Origin: a virus
Direction: 5' to 3' (one strand)
DNA length: 64,000 nucleotides
IMG/VR virus record: IMGVR_UViG_3300045988_010311
Coordinates: 1 to 64,000 of that record
Shown one piece after another: positions 1 to 10,300 of the stretch. The notes beneath the pieces were generated by a model, which saw nothing but the letters and a program-made list of their open reading frames with translations, made no database searches and was not told where the DNA came from. The translations under genes and the position numbers were made by a program. Each line of letters starts with the position of its first letter. Position 1 is the stretch's first letter.

Positions 1-3000
1 GATACATCTAGTCAGTCTGGATATATCATCAATGAGCACGAAGGCAGATGGACAAGAGATGAAGTTGAAAATGACCCTAGAACACTATATATCTTCACTG
101 ACAACACTGACAGAACATCTGGAGGTGAGGAAATAGGTGATGGATGGTACGCTGAAAAGTATGGTAAAGGCGGATTTGGCACAGTCAATAATCCTACCTC
201 TGCTGTCATTAGAGGCTTACCTAATGCTGCTCCTATAAGTACTATGAAGTGGTTCTATAGAGAACATGGAGTATCTGTAGAGCAAGCAAGGTGGGCAGAC
301 TCTGACCTTGATGAATTCAAGGAAGTCATTGATGATGAGATTGAACAAATCAAGCAGCTCTGGGACAGCGGTAACTTTGATAGTATAGAGCTTCCCCAGA
401 ATGGTATATTCGGCAAGAGCATAAAGAGTGATAAGGATAGAGGTATATCTAGACTTACAGCTACCAGAACTCCAAAGCTATACCAGTACCTTAACAAGAA
501 GTTACAGGAGCTATCAGAGTATGTGCAAGATACCAAGAAGGCTAAGGAATATGAGAGTGAGTCATCCAGTATAGATGAGAGCAACTGGCATAAGGCTGAC
601 GCTGAGTTTACCTCTATTAAAAAGAGGCAAAGGATTAATCTTATCAATGACTTGTTCACACAAGAAGTTGAGAAATCCCAGGAAGCTACAGTTGCAAGGT
701 TGAATGATGAGATGGCTAAGGCAACCACTATTGGTGAAAAGCTGGAGATAGCTAAAGCTATCAAGAATCTTAGACCTTTTGTAGTAATCAAACAGGAGAA
801 ACCCTTCAAGCTATTTGATAAGGTAAGGGCAGTGTTTGAGGACTTGCTCTATGCTGCTGAAAACAACAGACAAGCTCTTGTTGATAGGGAAGTTGCCAAT
901 ATGGAGAATACCAGAGAGGCTAAGCTGCCTTTGGCAGTCAGAAGAAACCTTGCTGAGAATAGAATCAATTATCAGATTGAGGCTTATAAGCAGATACTTG
1001 ATAACTGGAATGACTTGGTAATGGATGCAGCCAATACTTACAGTTATGACCACGGAGTAATCATGGATGTTACTGCCAATGGTATTGAGGAGGATATTGA
1101 TAATACTCCTACTGATGATGAGGGTAACAACCAGAATGAACAGATAGCTGATGAGAAGGAGGAGACCCCCTATAAGGAAGGCTGGCAAGTAAAGGTGAGG
1201 GAACTCTCAGCATTTGAGAGTATGACCAATCAGGTAAGGGAAGCTATTGGCAGGATATATAGGAGAGGCAGGAATGGTGACATAGTTGTGGATGACTTAG
1301 GTTTTCCACAGAAGTTACAGCAATCCTATGTATTTGCTGAGCTAATCTCTGCTCTTAGAGATATGACTAATGCCAAGCAGATGATACCTATGCTTGAGGC
1401 ACTACAAGCCAGAAAGCCTTGGGCTGTTCAGATAGTTGATGCCATTAAGAATGATGAGAGACTCTTCACATCATTCTATAGAGTATTCAGAAAGGACTAC
1501 TTGAATATGTGGATTCAGATTGAAAGCACTGCTCCTGATGGCAGTGTTACTATAAAGACCCACAATATCAACAAGCCTGCTGGCACTGCCCATTACTTTG
1601 ATGAATGGAGGGATAACTTTGAGTATGGTATTACCCTTGATGAGGACAGTATCTATGACCATAATGGTGAGATAAGGCTGGATAAGGCTGAGCTAGGTCT
1701 TAAACTGGTAGATACAGTTATGGATAAGTTCAGGGGACTAAAATCCAAGGAAGAGAAGCAACAAGTAATACTTGAGAATGTGGAGAGCATCCACAAGCTA
1801 TTGAGTATGCTTGGTATCTTTGTTACTCCTGACACACTGAATGATATACTTATATTCAATGTGAACTTGAATAACAAGGCAGAACTCCCTGGCAGTATAG
1901 TACTTTCCAACCTTAGAACCATCTTCAAGGATATGCCTACTAATGATGGTATCAAGAATGGTGAGCCTGCTGACCTAATCAATATATATGGTAGAGCCTT
2001 CAACAATATAGCTACTGCCATTAACAATGTTGAGGAGGATGAAGTGGAATCATCAGTGAGACAAGGTAAGAAAACTCTCTATGCACATACAAGACCTTCC
2101 TATGCTACTACTCTAGTGAAGAAGCTGAGAGGTCCAGAGTTCAAAGAGTTCATTGAAAGTGAATATAAACCTGTTGACTTCTTGTATGACAAGGAACAAG
2201 GCAGGTGGCTCAATTCACTTATTGATGACTTGGAGAATGATGCTGATGCTAGGGATAAATTCAATCATATAGTAGTGATAGAACATAACAGAAAGGAATA
2301 CCAACAGTGGACTCCACTTGACACATTCCTTACTTTGTTTAATCAATATAATGCAGAACCTATAAAGGGTGGTGAAGGATATGCTTGGTATCAGATGCCT
2401 CTGTTATCAGATGCAACCAGTGCTGAGTTCCTTAGAGCCAAGAGAGTCAGGAAGAACTATGAAGAATTACTTCTTGACAAGTTTGCAGATGTTGTAAGAC
2501 AAGAGTATAATAGGATTATAACAGTCAAGCAGAGAAACAATACTCCCAATATCAAAAAGATTGCCTACTATGACATGACTGATGATAGTGAGGGAGGTGC
2601 TAAATTCCACTTCTTCCCTAAGCTGAACACAGAAGCCTTCAATAAAGATGGAAAGACATTCTTTGAGCAGTTGGCTGAGGTAGCTGATGATACAGATGCT
2701 TTCAACCAAAGAGCTAAGGAAGCTGTACAGACTATTATGAATGAGGACTTTATAGCTGCACTTGACAACTGGGCATCTATTGGAGTGTTTGATAAAGTGG
2801 ATGAGAACAACGAGAACTCATCATTCAGATACTTCAAGCAGAGAACCAGAGAGAATGTAGAGGCAGCCCTTAGAGAATACTACTGGAACACTACTTATAT
2901 GCAGTCTCAAATCATACAGCTAATGACCACTGACCTTGCATACTATGGTGACTATACTAACTTTACCAAGAGAGCATTGGAGTTTCACTCTCCTACAGAG

Positions 3001-6000
3001 AAGCTGAATACCCTTGCAAAGTGGAATGGTGAGTATGTGCTTGCAAGTGAGGATGAGAATGGCAATGTAACTGTAAGACCCGAAAGAGTTATCTATCTGA
3101 CTGATGAGGTCAAGCCTTCTAACTGGATGAAGGACGTTGAGGAAATCATTGACCAGAAGATAGCCAAAGGGGAACTTACAGAGTATGATAAGACTGTCAT
3201 ACTTAAGAAGTGGGGTGATACTAATGTGGCCGATGCCCAGGCATTCAGAACATTGAAATCCTTTAGGGCAACCCAGATAGCTGCTGATATGTGGAGTGAT
3301 GATGCTGAAACAGCCTACAATAATATAAGGAATAACACATGGACTGCACAGGACTTTGTGGTTCTGTGGAATACCAGAAAGCCTTATCTTTATACTCAGG
3401 TTAACCAATCAGACAGGGTTGGTGGCATTATGAGACTGGCTGTACAGCATAAGAACTCTGAAATGATAATGCTCACACAAGCTATATTTGGTTCTATACT
3501 TCATCAATCTGGTAAACTTAAAGGTTTATCAGAGTTCATGGAGGATAGCAATAATAACATAGATGTAGCTATGTTTGGTACAGCAGTTAAGGTAGGGGGC
3601 CAAAGCTTCATAGACCTTAATGGTATCGAGAATGCAGAAGATGTTAAGAGTAAACTCCAGAAGGAAGTCTATATAGGAGGAACTGATGCTGTAAACCCTG
3701 AGGTTGTACATGAGTATAACTGGGATGATTATGGTATTCAGGTTGCTACTCCTGAGCATGGTATCAATGCCATTCAGCTTGTAGGTACTCAGATTAGAAG
3801 ACTTATAGGCACTGATATGGGGGCTGATGCTGTATTTAAGGTGGGTAATAAAAGTCTTACTAGAGACCAATGGAAGGACTACTTCAATGCAGTCAATACA
3901 GCTAATATAAGAGAAGCCTTTGAGAAGCTGGATAAGGAGTTCAGAGACCCTAAGAAGATTTCTGACTTGCTTATTAGTGAAATCAAGAGTAACTCTAGGT
4001 ACAGCAATGACCTTATAGAGGCTGTAACACTTGATGAGAATGGGCAGTTCAATATACCTATCTTTGACCCTTCACAGAGTCAGAAGATACAGGAGCTGCT
4101 TAACAGTATAGTTAAGTCTAGGATAGTGAAACAAAAGATAAATGGAGGTTCACTTATCCAAGCTACCGCATGGGCATTGAATGAGAAGGATAGACCTCAG
4201 ATTGTGTGGGGCACAGACAAGAATGGTCAGAAGTATATAAAGTATATGGAAGCTTACATTGCTTGCCCTGATGACAGACTGTATGAACTCCTGCTTGAAG
4301 ATGATGGAAGCATCAACATAAACAAGAAGGATAGTAAAGGCAACTACATTGTACCTGCTAAGTACAGAGAGGCTATTGGCTATAGAATCCCAACTGAGGA
4401 TAAGTACTCAATGATACCTATAAAGGTCAAAGGGTTCTTACCTAGACAGGTTGGTTCTGTAATCATACTTCCAGAGGAAATCACTACCACTACTGGTTCT
4501 GACTTTGACGTGGATAAAATCTACATGATGTATCATAGCTTGAACTTCAAGGACATCTATGACATCAAGGCTGCTTGGGATGCTTTTTATAAGAGCCACC
4601 CAGACATAGTAGAGTCCATTGAGGAGTCAAAGAGAGCGAACTTCAAGAGAGCTATGGACGAAGCTATTGAGAAGAATCCAGAAGCTGATTTGAGTCAGTA
4701 TGATATGGAAGAGTTATTTGAGAACTTCACCAGACCATACAAGAACTATGAGTGGACTGAAGATGCAAAAGAAGCATTCTCTGCTTGGTTCAATCCTATC
4801 AAGGATAGATACCTAAGCCATAGGTCTGTAGAGGTAGTTACTTATAATGACGCAGATATAGACCTCAGTGATTCTAATGAGAACAGAAAGGTTGATATAT
4901 ACAGACAAGCCAAAAAGAATACTAAATCTCAGAGAGACAGTATGATGATTGACTTGATGTGGTCAGTATTGACCAACCCTGATACTGTTGGAAAGATGAT
5001 TAATCCTGGTAACTTCGATGAGCAAAAAAGAAATGCCAGAATAGTCAATCTTCTAGACAGTCTTTCATTAGATGAGATTGATAAGCTGGGTGGTATTGAC
5101 AAGATACTTAACCTAAGTCTCAAAGAGGCTGACAAGATGTTGGAGAGGTATGGTAGGATTGTAAATCCTCTTACTCCTGATACTTGGATTACTTATCAAC
5201 AGAGGAATATGTCTGGTGCAGGTCTTGTGCCTATGGCAGCTACTCAGAATGCCTCTCATGCCTTAACGCAGTTTACTAAGAACTTTGGTTTGAAGAAGCC
5301 TTATAGGTTTATATTCAATGGTAAGAGATTAGGTTCTCTCAACTCTGTAAAGGATGCAGAGGGCAAGTTCATCTCTAGAAATGTATGTAGTTATCTGACT
5401 GCTTTTGTTGATAATGCCAAGGACCCTGTAGCAGGTGACTTGAACATTAACAACACTACAGCTAACCTAGCATTCCTATTGCTTAGAATTGGTAATTCTC
5501 CTATCACTACCAGTCTTATATTAAGACAACCTGCAATGATGAAGGTTATGAGGTATGTGAATAGTGGAAGATACTCAATGAGTCAAGCTATTGAGGAAGC
5601 TATGGAGGACTATAGAAAGAAAAGAGGTGACTCTTCTTATGGTGGTAAAACCATTAACTTCAACTTCACTGATGAGTGGTTAGCAGCTAACATAGCTGCT
5701 GAGAAGAATGGTGGTGATATTCACTCAAGCCATATAGAAGAAATGGACTTTGCAGTCAACCAGATAAAGGTTCTTGTCATGTTGAAGCAGATGAATACTG
5801 CTGCTGATGCTCTGGGAGATGTGGTAAGAGGAATAAGAAGTGACTCCCAAAGTGGTGGTGCTGGTGGTTCTATTGCTGCTGGTAATGGTAAGATAGATGG
5901 TCTCGAGCATATCCTAGATACAGCTGCTACTGATGCCAACTATCCTTTGCAGGGTCTTGACTTCATCAATGAGATGTACATGAGCACCAGTGAAGAGGAA

Positions 6001-7296
6001 ATCATCAATAGTACACTTCCTATCCAGACTGCCACATTCCAATGGGGCCTGAAGGCTACACAAAACTGGTATGCCAGTTTGTTCCCTCAAGTGTCTGAAC
6101 AGTTTAGAAGAGTAACAGATTTGGCTAAGGATTTCACAACCTATGGTAATCTTGATGATACTACTATCAACAGGATTTATAGCCAGTATCTGGTATATCT
6201 TATGACTGGCATCTCTAATGACTTTAGAGGTGATGCAGATACAAGAAACTACTATATCAATGAGTTTCCTGCTGAGTTCAATGAATTCAAGTCAAAGAAC
6301 CCATACCTGATTGAGAGTGTACCCCTCCTAAGAAGATTGAGAGTATTATTCTCAAACAAGTACAATGGCTCTCCTACTATTGTGTTCAGTAATGTTGGTA
6401 AGGTAACTGATATTCAATCTGAGGATTACAGAAGTGATTTCAGAAACCTACTAGCTAACAAGAGTACAAGGGATATGACAGCCAAGTTACTAAGGTATGC
6501 TTTCTATAGAGGTCTTGGATTTAGTCCTAGTGGCTTCTCAAACTTGATTCCTACACAGTTGAAGATGAGTGATGTTACTGATTATGTTGTTACATTGAGA
6601 GGTGTTCTTAGTATGAATATTGATAGTGGAGATAATTTCCAGTTCATGTATCAATATATAAGGAACAACATGGATGACAGAAGGTTTGTACCTGAGGTAT
6701 CAATGACTGGTATCTTCAAGGGGGAGCCTGAAGACAGCTTCACTGTTACAGTAACCAAGAACTCCTCTCAGGACATGAAGAGATTCATATATCCTATAAA
6801 GAATGAGGAAATCAAATACAGAGAGTTTGTATGCTATACATATAAGGGTGGTAAGTACTACTATGCTTATGATAGCACAAGCAATACCTATAAGAGAATA
6901 AAATCTCTTGGAAGTTCTCAGTATCAGGAGTATGACTACAATGCTATGGGACTTGTAATGGAGACCCAGATTAAGGAAGCTAAGCAGAAGGGCTTTAACT
7001 TTAGGGATGACTATAGAGCTGCAAGTATTATGGAGTCTATAGAAAATAGTGGCATCCCCGAGGAGGCTTATAAGAGTCTTCCTATGGAGAATATACCTAT
7101 CTCTCTTGATGATTTATACATGCAAGATAGAGAACAGAGATATGCCGCTATGGCTTCCCAATTTGCAGAAATGGATAAACTAAGGGGAGAACCCTCATCA
7201 GAAGACTTAGGCAGACTTGATGCAATGGAACAGTTTGATAACTTCAGTAGACTTGATGCAATGTCTCAAGACTTAGAAGGTAATGATAAATGTTAG
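1..7296 (+). CDS. virion-packaged DNA-dependent RNA polymerase, crAss-like (phi14:2 gp66 type), 5' partial
   Basis: Frame 1 is open from nt 1, so the track ATG at 244 is internal and no stop lies upstream; 2431 codons are visible. SDFDVDK at nt 4498-4518 resembles the NADFDGD/DxDxD metal loop of two-barrel RNAPs. Its size and giant-gene neighbourhood fit a Crassvirales vRNAP. Confidence 0.72.
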   Translation, partial: DTSSQSGYIINEHEGRWTRDEVENDPRTLYIFTDNTDRTSGGEEIGDGWYAEKYGKGGFGTVNNPTSAVIRGLPNAAPISTMKWFYREHGVSVEQARWADSDLDEFKEVIDDEIEQIKQLWDSGNFDSIELPQNGIFGKSIKSDKDRGISRLTATRTPKLYQYLNKKLQELSEYVQDTKKAKEYESESSSIDESNWHKADAEFTSIKKRQRINLINDLFTQEVEKSQEATVARLNDEMAKATTIGEKLEIAKAIKNLRPFVVIKQEKPFKLFDKVRAVFEDLLYAAENNRQALVDREVANMENTREAKLPLAVRRNLAENRINYQIEAYKQILDNWNDLVMDAANTYSYDHGVIMDVTANGIEEDIDNTPTDDEGNNQNEQIADEKEETPYKEGWQVKVRELSAFESMTNQVREAIGRIYRRGRNGDIVVDDLGFPQKLQQSYVFAELISALRDMTNAKQMIPMLEALQARKPWAVQIVDAIKNDERLFTSFYRVFRKDYLNMWIQIESTAPDGSVTIKTHNINKPAGTAHYFDEWRDNFEYGITLDEDSIYDHNGEIRLDKAELGLKLVDTVMDKFRGLKSKEEKQQVILENVESIHKLLSMLGIFVTPDTLNDILIFNVNLNNKAELPGSIVLSNLRTIFKDMPTNDGIKNGEPADLINIYGRAFNNIATAINNVEEDEVESSVRQGKKTLYAHTRPSYATTLVKKLRGPEFKEFIESEYKPVDFLYDKEQGRWLNSLIDDLENDADARDKFNHIVVIEHNRKEYQQWTPLDTFLTLFNQYNAEPIKGGEGYAWYQMPLLSDATSAEFLRAKRVRKNYEELLLDKFADVVRQEYNRIITVKQRNNTPNIKKIAYYDMTDDSEGGAKFHFFPKLNTEAFNKDGKTFFEQLAEVADDTDAFNQRAKEAVQTIMNEDFIAALDNWASIGVFDKVDENNENSSFRYFKQRTRENVEAALREYYWNTTYMQSQIIQLMTTDLAYYGDYTNFTKRALEFHSPTEKLNTLAKWNGEYVLASEDENGNVTVRPERVIYLTDEVKPSNWMKDVEEIIDQKIAKGELTEYDKTVILKKWGDTNVADAQAFRTLKSFRATQIAADMWSDDAETAYNNIRNNTWTAQDFVVLWNTRKPYLYTQVNQSDRVGGIMRLAVQHKNSEMIMLTQAIFGSILHQSGKLKGLSEFMEDSNNNIDVAMFGTAVKVGGQSFIDLNGIENAEDVKSKLQKEVYIGGTDAVNPEVVHEYNWDDYGIQVATPEHGINAIQLVGTQIRRLIGTDMGADAVFKVGNKSLTRDQWKDYFNAVNTANIREAFEKLDKEFRDPKKISDLLISEIKSNSRYSNDLIEAVTLDENGQFNIPIFDPSQSQKIQELLNSIVKSRIVKQKINGGSLIQATAWALNEKDRPQIVWGTDKNGQKYIKYMEAYIACPDDRLYELLLEDDGSININKKDSKGNYIVPAKYREAIGYRIPTEDKYSMIPIKVKGFLPRQVGSVIILPEEITTTTGSDFDVDKIYMMYHSLNFKDIYDIKAAWDAFYKSHPDIVESIEESKRANFKRAMDEAIEKNPEADLSQYDMEELFENFTRPYKNYEWTEDAKEAFSAWFNPIKDRYLSHRSVEVVTYNDADIDLSDSNENRKVDIYRQAKKNTKSQRDSMMIDLMWSVLTNPDTVGKMINPGNFDEQKRNARIVNLLDSLSLDEIDKLGGIDKILNLSLKEADKMLERYGRIVNPLTPDTWITYQQRNMSGAGLVPMAATQNASHALTQFTKNFGLKKPYRFIFNGKRLGSLNSVKDAEGKFISRNVCSYLTAFVDNAKDPVAGDLNINNTTANLAFLLLRIGNSPITTSLILRQPAMMKVMRYVNSGRYSMSQAIEEAMEDYRKKRGDSSYGGKTINFNFTDEWLAANIAAEKNGGDIHSSHIEEMDFAVNQIKVLVMLKQMNTAADALGDVVRGIRSDSQSGGAGGSIAAGNGKIDGLEHILDTAATDANYPLQGLDFINEMYMSTSEEEIINSTLPIQTATFQWGLKATQNWYASLFPQVSEQFRRVTDLAKDFTTYGNLDDTTINRIYSQYLVYLMTGISNDFRGDADTRNYYINEFPAEFNEFKSKNPYLIESVPLLRRLRVLFSNKYNGSPTIVFSNVGKVTDIQSEDYRSDFRNLLANKSTRDMTAKLLRYAFYRGLGFSPSGFSNLIPTQLKMSDVTDYVVTLRGVLSMNIDSGDNFQFMYQYIRNNMDDRRFVPEVSMTGIFKGEPEDSFTVTVTKNSSQDMKRFIYPIKNEEIKYREFVCYTYKGGKYYYAYDSTSNTYKRIKSLGSSQYQEYDYNAMGLVMETQIKEAKQKGFNFRDDYRAASIMESIENSGIPEEAYKSLPMENIPISLDDLYMQDREQRYAAMASQFAEMDKLRGEPSSEDLGRLDAMEQFDNFSRLDAMSQDLEGNDKC

Positions 7297-7305
7297 TAAC
7301 AAAAG

Positions 7306-10300
7306 ATGAGTACAAGTTGTGTATTACATCCTAGATTGAGCAATGGGGAGAAATCCCCATTGTTCTCTAGGTTAAAAGATTTTCTAGGTGACAGGAAGTC
7401 AGCAGAGGATGTATATTATAGGGTTATTAATCCAGCATTCAGAGGAGCATTCCCTAATGTAAGGTTTGACCATAATGGGGAACCATTGCTTGAAGACCTT
7501 ATAACTCAGTGTGGCATTGGCCATGATAAGAGTGATGAGGAAATGCTTGATTACCTTAATAGTGAGTATGGTACTGAGCCTGTACCAAAGACTGTACAGT
7601 CAGTCATAGAACTACAGAATAGAGCAGCTTCTTTCAATATCAGCAGCCCCCTAAATAGGAGATACTCTGCTGAATTAACCTCTTCTGGACATGATGTGTC
7701 TATGGAGATAGTTACAGCTACAGGTAAGGAGAGGAGCTTAGGCAGACAACAGAGGTTTAATGCTGAGCTTAATAATCAGTTAGTCAAGCTATTGAATAGC
7801 TGGGGTGCTGATGTTGCAGCTCTAACTGAGCTTGAAGAGGCTAGCAATGTCAATGGAGTCATGGACTTAAGTGCTGGTATCAATGCTGCTACAGGATTAA
7901 AGGAAGTTATTAGAATATCTAAAAGGCATAAATGGTCAAATACACCTGCAAAACAGAGTGTACTTACAGAGGAAGAGCAGAGAATATTAAAAAGTGCCCC
8001 TAGAAATAGTAAGGGTCAGCTGCTTGCTCCTAATGGTAAAGTTTCTAATCTTACTGAAAAGCAATATGCTCAAGTAAGAACTAAAGCATTTAAGGAATGG
8101 TTTGGTGATTGGGAAAATAATCCTTCTGAAGCAAGCAAAGTAGTTGATGAAAATGGTGAACCATTGGTTGTTTATCATTATACAGATAATGAAGGTTTAA
8201 CTAAATTTAGTACAGAGTTTGATAATTACTTTTCAAAAGCAGGAGGTACTAAGAAGGCTATATTCTTTACTACTGATAATGTTGAGCCTGGTAGTGAAGA
8301 TAACTTTTTAACAAGTAGAAAAGCTAAGTTATCAGTATTCTTAAACATAAAAAACTTAGAAACATTCAATGGTACTAAAGATGACTTACATAAACAAGGA
8401 ACTTCTTATAGAGAAGTAGTAAATAAATCATCTGAAAGAGAAGGTTCTGAAAATGGTATAGTCTTTACTGGCTTTGATGATAATAGAAAAGAGAATCAAA
8501 CTATATACATTGTTCATAATTCTAATCAAATTAAATCTGCTACTGATAATATTGGAACATTCTCTAGAACTGATGATAATATAATTGATGATACATATGA
8601 TTCTAATATATTAGCAGAAGAGTGGGGGCACTTTGTAGTTGATGCTGTAAAGGACAGCCCATTAAGAGATAGGATGCTTAACTCATTGAAGAATGAGGAA
8701 GTATTACAAAGAGTGCTTGGTAGTGAGTATGACAGATACAATGAAGTTTATAAAGGTGATATAGACCTTATGGCTAAGGAAGCATTGGGTAAGATGATGG
8801 CTCAAGTGCTTAATAACTATGATACTGAAGCTCCCAATGACAGGCTCTTTGAGAGATACAAGAAGAATGTCTTGGACTTCTTTAGTAAGAGGGATGCTGA
8901 TGAGATTGATGAGATAATCAACAAAGTCAGAGAACAGGTATATGAATTTACTACCAATGCCTTTAATGGCAAGTATCAACTTGATATTAGCAGTAGAGAT
9001 TATAACAAGAGGTTATTTAACCTTGGCAATGATGTATCAAGGGACTATAATATCTTGAAGAGGATTATTCAACAAGAGAAGAAAAGATTAGCTATCTATG
9101 GTAAGGGAGCTAAGGCTACTGCTAGGGAAAGGGAGGAGAAGAAAGGCTCATTCGATGAAAAGCAGAAGCTCTTCATAAATAAACTAAGCAATGACCTTGA
9201 GAATCATAGGGAACTGGAAGGTATATACGCATACCTGACAGAGGCTGTCAGAATGTTGAGGCAACTTAGTGATAAACTTGATGCTGTGCATAGTTCCCAG
9301 ACTAGCTGGAAGGATAAGTTCTCAGCACTTAGAAGTATCAGAGATTACATGTCATCCTATGGTAGTATCATGGAGGAGTTGAGACAAGAGATGTATAAAG
9401 CAAAGCAAGAGGGGGATATGAGATTCAAAGAGAAACTGCAAGAGTCTCTTGATGAGTTCTCAGGTCTACTTGCCAGACTAGGCTCTGACTGGGCAGAAGT
9501 ATCTAAGGATGAGTTTGCCAGATTTCTTACTCCATTTGAAGGAGAGAGTATCTCAATGTTCATTAGAGGCGAGAGGAAGCAGTACAATATAAGAGAGCTT
9601 CTTGACTATATAGAGAAGGATATTTCTATAGTAGAAAGGTGGACTGATGCTATGGCAGACAGTACTGACCCCATACTTAGAATATATGACTCTTTGGTTA
9701 AAGACCAGAAGAACAAGGCTAGGTATAACACTATCAATAATGAAAAGGAGATACTGATGCACTCCAAGAAGCTGGAAGATGCTGGCATAGGAAACACTGA
9801 CTTCATGTATGAAAAAACCAGTGATGGCAAGATTACAGGTAATTTTGTAACCAGATACAACTGGGGAGATTACTTTGTAGCACTTAGCAAGTATGCCAAG
9901 AGCCTACCTCAGGATATGGATAGAGAGGAAAAGTCTATCTTAATCAGCAGATGGAAGAGAGCTAATACAGACAGGAATGGTAATCCTATAGAGAAGTATT
10001 ATAATCCTCAGTATGATGCTATTCAAAGGAATGCAGCTATGAAGGAGTACTATGACTTTATGATTAACCTAAAGAGGAGTCTTGACTATAGATTACCAGC
10101 AAGGTATGTAAGGTTCAATAAAGCTCCTCAAATAAGGAGAGACTTCTTGGAAAGAGTAATGGGCAGAGGTAACAAGTTCCAATACTTATGGGAGAGCTTC
10201 AAGGATAACTTGGTGAGGAGAGAAGATGATACTGAGTTTGCTTATGCAAGGCAAGACTTTGAAGGCAATCAGATATATAATCTTCCTATCTACTATACAA

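Noticed and set aside
255-5939. Minus-strand ORFs of 60-184 aa inside the vRNAP gene (for example 255-809, 811-1188 and 2920-3408).
   Set aside because: They lie antisense to a 7-kb uninterrupted ORF. Their sequences are low-complexity and rich in Ser/Leu/Ile, as expected from shadow frames, and they have no promoter or coupling signals.
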